A DNA stretch of 64,000 bases from Eledone cirrhosa (taxonomy: Eukaryota): NCBI GenBank assembly GCA_964016885.1, contig OZ024745.1, positions 14,446,001-14,510,000 of the forward strand. The letters are read 5' to 3'. Of this stretch, positions 26,053-37,100 are shown piece by piece. A model generated the notes under the pieces. The model worked only from the letters and a program-made list of their open reading frames with translations. It did no database searches and was not told where the DNA came from. A program made the translations under genes and the position numbers. Position 1 is the first letter of the stretch. Each line of letters starts with the position of its first letter.

Positions 26053-26274
26053 CAACGTTATATTAAATATATTTCTTAGCAAAATTTACTTGTAATTTCC
26101 CGTTTCTAATTAGTTTTCAAATCACTATAAGTAGATTATAATTCTTTCTGGGAAGCCTCAGGTGAATACTATTTCTTTACTTCAATCGATTTATCAATAT
26201 TTTTGAAATATAATCCGTCTAGTTTGTCTAACATCAATGTGTCTTCCAGCACTAAACAACATGCAACGTTATTC

Positions 26275-26580
26275 TGAGACTACACATAATGCCAGTATAT
26301 ACAACAATCTGTGGGTGAGACGCAGCTCTGCTATTTCGAAACTGATTCCGAATTTAGAGCACGATCATAAATATCGCTTTTCGACAGGTTTGTAATCGAG
26401 CCCGTAGTAGTGGAGCCTTCTGATGTCCTTGGCCCTATGATCAGCTCCCTCCTAGCCACCCACCATCGGCATGGAGTTAGCTGCCCGCAGGTGTGAGCCT
26501 CGCGAGCTAGAATGGCTATTCCAACGTGTCTCCCTAACCATAATCCGGGGAAACATCTTCTCTATTTTGTCTGCCGGGGC
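26275..26580 (+). pseudogene. Decayed C-terminal restriction-like endonuclease region of a CRE-like non-LTR retrotransposon
   Basis: Across a frameshift it translates as FVIEPVVVE..DVLGP..SLL..IGMELAARRCEPRELEWLFQRVSLTIIRGNIFSIL. This matches the recalled motif 'P.avEt.G..G...l..ig..l......re..wl.QRlSla..RGN...il' of early-branching RLE elements. Confidence 0.65.
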
Positions 26581-26799
26581 CGTGGGGCGGCCAGTGCGTG
26601 GGCTCCCATTTGCTTTAATAGAGAGAGAGAGGGGAGAGCGTGAGAGAGACGGAGGCAGTCTTCTACTATAGATTGTATGTATGTGTATATACAGCTGAGT
26701 TCTTGCCGATTCGAAAGCAAATTCCTGACTCTGGAATTTGCTGTCGAAACGAAATATATATGGGTGTGTGTGTGTGTATGTTTTTATGTGTGAGTGATG

Positions 26800-26982
26800 T
26801 GCGTGTATCTTTTTCTCTGTTTACATTTACTGCTTGCTTATGTCGTCTTCGTACGTAGCGGTTCGACAAATAGAAATCGATAATCTAAGCACAGGGGTCA
26901 ATACGAACGACTAAAACCCGTGAAGATGGTTGTCCAGCATGGCCGCAGTTTAATGACTGAAACAGTAAAAGATTAAAAGAAT
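26800..26982 (+). mobile_element. 3' part of a second SINE family
   Basis: GGTTCGACAAATAGAAATCGATA...GACTAAAACCC...CCAGCATGGCCGCAGTTTAATGACTGAAACAGTAAAAGA. Its tail recurs in reverse at ~62652-62700. Confidence 0.65.
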
Positions 26983-28205
26983 AAATCATTGATTGCTTTG
27001 TAATCGTAAGAGGAAGACAGAATGTTTAGTAGCGCTGTCATATATAACATGGAAATGTTGCTAGTCAGTGTATGTCGAACATTACTTTTGAGTCGTCTGC
27101 ATAACTGACGAAAACTATTTCCACTAATAATATTTTCCTTTGATTTATCTCTATGCTGAACATGTTTTGAATAACTTTGGGCAGTTTTTCTCGTTCAAAA
27201 ATACCTCAGTTCTCACAAGGCAATGATTTGTTACCGTTAGAGTTTATACTGTAACAATATATGGAGATACAAAACTACAGGTGACACTAACAGCATACAT
27301 CAATAATGTAGCTTACGAAATTATATGCAGACAGAATAGTTTTATATATGGTTTAGCCAGTAAAAGGTGGTCGGTAGTCATAATATTTACATGCAACCGG
27401 TGCTGTTAGCCGAGAGTAGAGGAGAAGAAACCACGATTCATTCATCGCTGTAGTAGTAATCAACATATCAAGATGTACAGTTAGCTTCAGATCGTAAACC
27501 TGCTCTGAATGCTTGCAACAAAGTAGATAGCGTTAAAGGTACCCAAGACCCAGATGGTGGTGATAGTGGTTGTGCTGGTACAAGGGGATAGTTTGTTATC
27601 CAACTAGATAATGACACTCTTTTTAAATATGATTTATCTATGATCACTTCCTTCAAATATTATATTTAGAAATTCGTTTTTAAACATATATAAAATCTGT
27701 TTTATTTGAAAATACCTAAATCCTATTTTCACGTAGTCAATGAATATATAATCATTATTGACTATTTTATAATATTTAATGAAATATATATCAACGAATG
27801 TTAAATTGGAAATTTCCTATATTCGACTAATTCGTTCACTAAAATACTCTTAGTGAAAAGTGCCGAAAGTATGATCAGATAGCTTATTATTTCTTACACT
27901 CGGATATAGGAGAAATAACAAGAATCGAACGAAAGCAGAAACTTTTAGTGGTTGCACGAACTTGCGCGAAACAGCAGCCACATCACGTTTAAACCACACA
28001 CCTAATATCGGGAAAAAGAAGGCTTATAATAATTGAATGACTTGACTGTCTGGTCGATCAAAGCTGGTTTGGAGGTAAACAACAACAGCACCAGCAGTAT
28101 CAAACTATTTCCGTCACACTAGAATACAACTCAAACGAAACGGATCTCGTAACAGCATCGAGTGCTTCGAACAGTGCGCCGCCTTTAACTGTTGTTACAC
28201 ACCTA

Positions 28206-28240
<35 letters not shown>

Positions 28241-28329
28241 GTTGCTGATTATTAGGGTAGTTTTCTGTGAAGGTTACACTGTAACGTCACGAAGGTTATC
28301 CAACTTAAGCAGGTAAAGACACTCCACGT

Positions 28330-28986
28330 CAGTCATATATACCCAGTCATATATACCCAGTCATATATACCCAGTCATATATACCCAGTTATATATACCC
28401 AATCATATATATCCAGTCATATATACCCAGTCATATATACCCAGTCATATATACCCAGTCATATATACCCAGTTATATATACCCAGTTATATATACCCTT
28501 CATATATACCCAGTCATATATACCCAGTTATATATACCCAGTTATATATACCCTTCATATACACCCAGTCATATATACCCAGTCATATATACCTAGTCAT
28601 ATATACCCAATTATATATACCCTTCATATATACCCTTCATTTATATCCAGTCATATATACCCAGTCATATATACCCAGTCATATATACCCAGCTATATAT
28701 ACCCTTCATATATACCCAGTCATATATACAGAGTTATATATACCCAGTTATACATACCCTTCAATATATACCCAGTCATATATACCCAGTTATATATACC
28801 CAGTTATATATACCCAGTTATATATACCCAGTCATATATACCCAGTCATATATACCCAGTCATATATATACCTTTCATATATACCCAGTCATATATACCC
28901 AGTTATATATACCCAGTCATATATACCCAGTCATATATACCCAGTCATATATATCCAGTCATATATATACCCTTCATATATACCCA
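28330..28986. repeat. 14-bp minisatellite (AGTCATATATACCC)n, about 46 copies
   Basis: Read directly; variants AGTTATATATACCC and TTCATATATACCC. Confidence 0.95.
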
Positions 28987-29108
28987 TGATGGTAGCAATT
29001 AACTGCGACGGAGTTTCCATGTACGAAATAATGTTAAGACACAAGTTATGTTTACATATTGTATAAATACAATTATGTAAACATAACGTTTGTTTTAAAG
29101 TTATTTCA

Positions 29109-29573
29109 TACACACACACACAGACAAACATACACACACCCACAAACAGACACACATACACACACAAACACACACACACACATATATATATGTAATCTGA
29201 ACGCTATACACAGAAAGCCGGAACAAATGCTGTAACAGATTCTATTCGACAATACACACACAAACACACACACACACGCACACGCACACACACATACCCA
29301 CACACACACAAGCACACACGCAAGCACACCCACACATACAAACACACACAAACACACATGCACACACAAGCACACACAAACATACACATACAAACACACA
29401 CACATACACAAACACACATATACACAAACACACAAACACACACAAACATACACACACACACACAAACACAAACACGGAAATCACACACACACACACAATC
29501 ACACACACATACACACACAATCGCAGACACACACAATCAGACTGGCATACTCACACACACATACTCACATACA
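29109..29573. repeat. Degenerate (CA)n-rich tract
   Basis: Read directly. Confidence 0.9.
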
Positions 29574-29815
29574 CGAATGCGAGCTCTATATTAACATACA
29601 TATATATATGCCTTAATATGGAGACGTATGTATTTACTTCTCTAATAACAATAACGTTTAATTAATAATGATATTCTAATTTACTTTTACATATTTAATT
29701 AAAACTGTTTATTGTTCCATTATAATGCCATAGGATCTGACACAATACACCTTGCAAAATACACCACATACACCCGTATATATATACACATATATATACA
29801 TATACACACATACAT

Positions 29816-29865
<50 letters not shown>

Positions 29866-29911
29866 ATATAAATATAAGCATATATATATATATATATATA
29901 TATATCTACAT

Positions 29912-29969
<58 letters not shown>

Positions 29970-30039
29970 TTTCTGTTATTTTAATAAATATATATATATA
30001 CATATATATATGCTTATATTTATATATATATATATAAAT

Positions 30040-30228
30040 ATAAGTATGTATACGTACATACATATATGTATACAGACGTACAGTGGTATGTATTTATACA
30101 TACATTACATGCACACACATATATATATGTACGTATGGGTTTACCGAACATTTATTATAATGTTCGGTTTGTTTGTAAACAAACAGCCAGAATTAAGCCT
30201 GTAAACAAACAGCCCGAATTATGTCTGT

Positions 30229-30294
<66 letters not shown>

Positions 30295-30765
30295 TACTGT
30301 ACGTCTGTATACATATATGTATGTACGTATATATACTTATATTTAAGTAACAGCCGTACTAAGAGTGAGAAATGAAATTTCGTTTCATTTTTTCCGTTTA
30401 TCGTTTGCGGTACGCCCGGCTGACTAACTCACTCGATATGCAAATTAGGCTGCTCAGCCGTTAATATGCATGAGAAAAGTATACACTCTCAAACGTTCAA
30501 TCGATTGACATGAAGGTATACGGTGCTGATGACAGCTAATAAGCTAGAAACTAGTTCATCGTTCCTTTGTCAGTGTTGAACAAAAGGGCAACGATGGTTG
30601 CTAAACACTGTACGGCTTAATTCTGGCTGTTTGTTTACAAACACACCGAGCATTATAATAAATGTTCGGTAAACCCATACGTACATATATATATGTGTGC
30701 ATGTATGTATATATATATACACACTACTGTACGTATATATACATATATGTAGGTACGTATACATA

Positions 30766-30770
<5 letters not shown>
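30040..30770. mobile_element. Hammerhead-bearing element, family B copy 2, preceded by an inverted copy of its own 3' part
   Basis: ~30040-30199 is the reverse complement of ~30614-30770 (TATGGGTTTACCGAACATTTATTATAATG vs CATTATAATAAATGTTCGGTAAACCCATA). The forward part is homologous to 2215-2480. Embedded in (TA)n. Confidence 0.75.
30520..30562 (+). ncRNA. Minimal Type I hammerhead ribozyme (family B)
   Basis: Stem I ACGGTG/CATCGT; core CTGATGA; stem II AGCT-AATA-AGCT; GAAA; palindromic stem III ACTAGT; triplet GUU (30554-30556). Confidence 0.78.
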
Positions 30771-30828
<58 letters not shown>

Positions 30829-30969
30829 AGAAAAAGAAGAAACGAACAAACAAGGGGATGTATTAAACTTAAGTCGTATTAGTTTCAAGCTTAATATATA
30901 TGTCTGTGTGTGTGTGTATGTAAATATGTGTGTGCGTGTGTATATGTGTATATGTGTATGTATGTATGC

Positions 30970-31120
<151 letters not shown>

Positions 31121-31158
31121 TGCCTACACACATACGCACATACACATGGACACACACA

Positions 31159-31201
<43 letters not shown>

Positions 31202-31243
31202 TTATTTTTAAGCCTACCTTAAGTAGCAACTACACAGCCATCC

Positions 31244-31338
<95 letters not shown>

Positions 31339-31341
<3 letters not shown>

Positions 31342-31426
31342 CGAAGGAAATGTGGTAAGGAACCAGGTAGACCATAATTAGCCGTCGAAACGGCCTGAGC
31401 TCAGCCGTCGGGGTCCTACTCGTTCC
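31339..31426 (+). repeat. Family C short element, internally deleted, in (TA)n
   Basis: TAACGAAGGAAATGTGGTAAGGAACCAGGTAGACCATAA joined to TAGCCGTCGAAACGGCCTGAGCTCAGCCGTCGGGGTCCT. Confidence 0.72.
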
Positions 31427-31452
31427 TATATATATATATATAAATATATATA

Positions 31453-31559
<107 letters not shown>

Positions 31560-31642
31560 CTATCCAGGAGCTTCCAACAGTAATGGTTGCATTTTTTAAG
31601 GGTATGTCAATATTTATTTATAAAACTGATATATATTATATT

Positions 31643-31696
31643 TTATCTGATGAAAGCACACCATAATTTAACTTCGTGCCCTTGAAATATGTATAA
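31643..31696 (+). ncRNA. Decayed minimal hammerhead-like motif
   Basis: CTGATGA (31647-31653); stem II AA-GCAC...GTGC-cc-TT; GAAATATGTA, one change from palindromic GAAACATGTA; AATAAA just downstream. Stem I is weak. Confidence 0.4.
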
Positions 31697-31742
31697 TGAA
31701 ATAAATATGGTTTTATAAATATAGATTCCATTTGTTAATATC

Positions 31743-31786
<44 letters not shown>

Positions 31787-31898
31787 AGATCAAAAGATGG
31801 TTAAAGGAGTTCCATATATTTTATTATGCGCATTTCAAAAACAAACATCATCAAACAATAATATAAGATAAAATAGGAGAACATGATATGAAGGCTAA

Positions 31899-32001
<103 letters not shown>

Positions 32002-32174
32002 CGTCCTTTCACGCACAAGGCGTCAAGGTACGCATGTATTGTCCAACCAAGTGCCAGTGTGGTTCAATGGCGGGTTAATAAATTAACGAGCCAGAACAAA
32101 TATAAACAAGGTTTAGTAAATAATGAAAAAGTTTCAAAATAAATTTTAAAAAATTGACTTTACCTACTATAGTT

Positions 32175-32258
32175 ACCTTTACCGATCGGTTTCGAATCCC
32201 AAAAATAAAACGTAGGCCATACGGCCCTCGTTGCAAAGAGAGATTCTCGTCAGAAGGT
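32175..32258 (-). ncRNA. Type I hammerhead ribozyme, family A copy 1
   Basis: Reverse complement of 33765-33848. Confidence 0.87.
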
Positions 32259-32657
32259 TCTTTTCATTCAAAGAATATAAAATTCCTGAATTTAAATCAC
32301 AAACTAGCGCTATCAAAGACTGTTCCTGGGATGAGAGTGGATGATGTAGAACAGGTTTATCAAGGGCCGTAGTAAAGATAGAGGCAAAAGGAGGTAGGTC
32401 GAACTAGCCACCGCTGTTATCAGCAGCAGTCGGAATGACCCGGTTTGTTCTCAACGTATGTGGAGGTAGTAGTAATATGAAATACGTCCTTTCACGCACA
32501 AGGCGTCAAGGTACGCATGTATTGTCCAACCAAGTGCCAGTGTGGTTCAATGGCGGGTTAATAAATTAACGAGCCAGAACAAATATAAACAAGGTTTAGT
32601 AAATAATGAAAAAGTTTCAAAATAAATTTTAAAAAATTGACTTTACCTACTATAGTT

Positions 32658-32741
32658 ACCTTTACCGATCGGTTTCGAATCCCAAAAATAAAACGTAGGC
32701 CATACGGCCCTCGTTGCAAAGAGAGATTCTCGTCAGAAGGT
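32658..32741 (-). ncRNA. Type I hammerhead ribozyme, family A copy 2
   Basis: Copy 1 shifted by 483 bp. Confidence 0.87.
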
Positions 32742-33140
32742 TCTTTTCATTCAAAGAATATAAAATTCCTGAATTTAAATCACAAACTAGCGCTATCAAA
32801 GACTGTTCCTGGGATGAGAGTGGATGATGTAGAACAGGTTTATCAAGGGCCGTAGTAAAGATAGAGGCAAAAGGAGGTAGGTCGAACTAGCCACCGCTGT
32901 TATCAGCAGCAGTCGGAATGACCCGGTTTGTTCTCAACGTATGTGGAGGTAGTAGTAATATGAAATACGTCCTTTCACGCACAAGGCGTCAAGGTACGCA
33001 TGTATTGTCCAACCAAGTGCCAGTGTGGTTCAATGGCGGGTTAATAAATTAACGAGCCAGAACAAATATAAACAAGGTTTAGTAAATAATGAAAAAGTTT
33101 CAAAATAAATTTTAAAAAATTGACTTTACCTACTATAGTT

Positions 33141-33224
33141 ACCTTTACCGATCGGTTTCGAATCCCAAAAATAAAACGTAGGCCATACGGCCCTCGTTGC
33201 AAAGAGAGATTCTCGTCAGAAGGT
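33141..33224 (-). ncRNA. Type I hammerhead ribozyme, family A copy 3
   Basis: Copy 1 shifted by 966 bp. Confidence 0.87.
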
Positions 33225-33764
33225 TCTTTTCATTCAAAGAATATAAAATTCCTGAATTTAAATCACAAACTAGCGCTATCAAAGACTGTTCCTGGGATGA
33301 GAGTGGATGATGTAGAACAGGTTTATCAAGGGCCGTAGTAAAGATAGAGGCAAAAGGAGGTAGGTCGAACTAGCCACCGCTGTTATCAGCAGCAGTCGGA
33401 ATGACCCGGTTTGTTCTCAACGTATGTGGAGGTAGTAGTAATATGAAATACGTCCTTTCACGCACAAGGCCATTGAACCACACTGGCACTTGGTTGGACA
33501 ATACATGCGTACCTTGACGCCTTGTGCGTGAAAGGACGTATTTCATATTACTACTACCTCCACATACGTTGAGAACAAACCGGGTCATTCCGACTGCTGC
33601 TGATAACAGCGGTGGCTAGTTCGACCTACCTCCTTTTGCCTCTATCTTTACTACGGCCCTTGATAAACCTGTTCTACATCATCCACTCTCATCCCAGGAA
33701 CAGTCTTTGATAGCGCTAGTTTGTGATTTAAATTCAGGAATTTTATATTCTTTGAATGAAAAGA

Positions 33765-33848
33765 ACCTTCTGACGAGAATCTCTCTTTGCAACGAGGGCC
33801 GTATGGCCTACGTTTTATTTTTGGGATTCGAAACCGATCGGTAAAGGT
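33765..33848 (+). ncRNA. Type I hammerhead ribozyme, family A copy 4 (inverted arm)
   Basis: Stem I ACCTT (33765-69)/AAGGT (33844-48); core CTGACGA (33770-76); stem II GAATCTC (33777-83)/GGGATTC (33823-29); GAAA (33830-33); palindromic stem III ACCGATCGGT; cleavage triplet GUA (33841-43). Confidence 0.88.
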
Positions 33849-33915
33849 AACTATAGTAGGTAAAGTCAATTTTTTAAAATTTATTTTGAAACTTTTTCAT
33901 TATTTACTAAACCTT

Positions 33916-33958
<43 letters not shown>

Positions 33959-34148
33959 CATACATATATATATATATATATACATATGTATATATATATA
34001 CATAATACATGCGTACGTGTGTATATTTATCTGTATATAAGTAAATTTCTATCTTAAATTAGAAGAAAATATATTTTCTTTGTGAAAATGAAGCATTCAA
34101 GTTTGGACTTGAAAAAAAGAAATTTTATTATAAATGAATTGTTCCAAT

Positions 34149-37100
34149 ATTAGTATTATTACCACAATTAGTATTATTACCACCATTAGTATTATTACCA
34201 CCATTAGTATTATTACCACAATTAGTATTATTACCACCATTAGTATTATTACCACCATTAGTATTATTACCTCCATTAGTATTATTACCTCCATTAGTAT
34301 TATTACCACCATTAGTATTATTACCACCATTAGTATTATTACCACAATTAGTATTATTACCACCATTAGTATTATTACCACCATTAGTATTATTACCACT
34401 ATTAGTATTATTACATCCATTAGTATTATTAACACCATTAGTATTATTACCACCATTAGTATTATTACCACTATTAGTATTATTACCAACATTAGTATTA
34501 TTACCACCATTAGTATTATTAACACCATTAGTATTATTACCACTATTAGTATTATTACCACCATTAGTATTATTACCACTATTAGTATTATTACCACCAT
34601 TAGTATTATTACCACCATTAGTATTATTACCACCATTAGTATTATTACCACCATTAGTATTATTACCACTATTAGTATTATTACCACCATTAGTATTATT
34701 ACCACCATTAGTATTATTACCACTATTAGTATTATTACCACCATTAGTATTATTACCACTATTAGTATTATTACCACCATTAGTATTATTACCACTATTA
34801 GTATTATTACCACCATTAGTATTATTACCACCATTAGTATTATTACCACCATTAGTATTATTACCACTATTAGTATTATTACCACCATTAGTATTATTAC
34901 CACTATTAGTATTATTATCACTATTAGTATTATTACCACCATTAGTATTATTACCACCATTAGTATTATTACCACCATTAGTATTATTACCACCATTAGT
35001 ATTATTACCACCATTAGTATTATTACCACCATTAGTATTATTACCACTATTAGTATTATTACCACCATTAGTATTATTACCACCATTAGTATTATTAACA
35101 CCATTAGTAATATTACCACCATTAGTATTATTATCACAATTAGTATTATTACCACCATTAGTATTATTACCACTATTAGTATTATTACCACCATTAGTAT
35201 TATTACCACCATTAGTATTATTACCATCATTAGTATTATTACCACCATTAGTATTATTACCACTATTAGTATTATTACCACCATTAGTATTATTACCACC
35301 ATTAGTATTATTACCACTATTAGTATTATTACCACCATTAGTATTATTACCACCATTAGTATTATTACCACTATTAGTATTATTACCTCCATTAGTATTA
35401 TTAACACCATTAGTATTATTACCACCATTAGTATTATTACCACCATTAGTATTATTACCACCATTAGTATTATTACCACTATTAGTATTATTACCACCAT
35501 TAGTATTATTACCACCATTAGTATTATTACCACTATTAGTATTATTACCACCATTAGTATTATTACCACTATTAGTATTATTACCACCATTAGTATTATT
35601 ACCACTATTAGTATTATTACCACCATTAGTATTATTACCACCATTAGTATTATTACCACCATTAGTATTATTACCACTATTAGTATTATTACCACCATTA
35701 GTATTATTACCACTATTAGTATTATTATCACTATTAGTATTATTACCACCATTAGTATTATTACCACCATTAGTATTATTACCACCATTAGTATTATTAC
35801 CACCATTAGTATTATTACCACCATTAGTATTATTACCACCATTAGTATTATTACCACTATTAGTATTATTACCACCATTAGTATTATTACCACCAATAGT
35901 ATTATTAACACCATTTGTATTATTACCACCATTAGTATTATTATCACAATTAGTATTATTATCACAATTAGTATTATTACCACTATTAGTATTATTACCA
36001 CCATTAGTATTATTATCACAATTAGTATTATTACCACCATTAGTATTATTATCACAATTAGTATTATTATCACAATTAGTATTATTACCACTATTAGTAT
36101 TATTACCACCATTAGTATTATTAACACCATTAGTATTATTACCACCATTAGTATTATTATCACAATTAGTATTATTATCACAATTAGTATTATTACCACT
36201 ATTAGTATTATTACCACCATTAGTATTATTATCACAATTAGTATTATTACCACTATTAGTATTATTACAATTAGTATTATTATCACAATTAGTATTATTA
36301 CCACTATTAGTATTATTATCACAATTAGTATTATTATCACAATTAGTATTATTACCACTATTAGTATTATTACCACCATTAGTATTATTACCACCATTAG
36401 TATTATTACCTCCATTAGTATTATTAACACCATTAGTATTATTAACACCATTAGTATTATTACCACCATTAGTATTATTACCACTATTAGTATTATTACC
36501 TCCATTAGTATTATTACCACAATTAGTATTATTACCACCATTAGTATTATTACCACTATTAGTATTATTACCTCCATTAGTATTATTACCACTATTAGTA
36601 TTATTACCACCATTAGTATTATTAACACCATTAGTATTATTACCTCCATTAGTATTATTACCACCATTAGTATTATTACCACCATTAGTATTATTACCAC
36701 CATTAGTATTATTACCACAATTAGTAATATTACCTCCATTAGTATTATTAACACCATTAGTATTATTACCACCATTAGTATTATTACCACCATTAGTATT
36801 ATTACCACAATTAGTATTATTACCTCCATTAGTATTATTAACACCATTAGTATTATTAACACCATTAGTATTATTACCACCATTAGTATTATTACCTCCA
36901 TTAGTATTATTAACACCATTAGTATTATTATCACAATTAGTATTATTACCTCCATTAGTATTATTATCACAATTAGTATTATTACCACCATTAGTATTAT
37001 TACCACCATTAGTATTATTACCACTATTAGTATTATTACCTCCATTAGTATTATTAACACCATTAGTATTATTAACACCATTAGTATTATTACCACCATT

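Noticed and set aside
27390-27660. Possible host exon (slightly GC-richer, short open frames on both strands)
   Set aside because: No recognisable domain or convincing splice sites; it cannot be supported without homology or RNA data.
33596-33630. Second hammerhead in the 483-bp unit (CTGATAA...), or an opposite-strand ribozyme as in viroid-like RNAs
   Set aside because: The core deviates from CTGANGA with no matching GAAA and stems. I found no CTGANGA on the opposite strand of the unit by eye.
32154-33869. Four identical 72-aa ORFs in the 483-bp repeat
   Set aside because: They use a TTG start, show no recognisable motif and run antisense to the hammerhead. Their identity simply reflects repeat identity.
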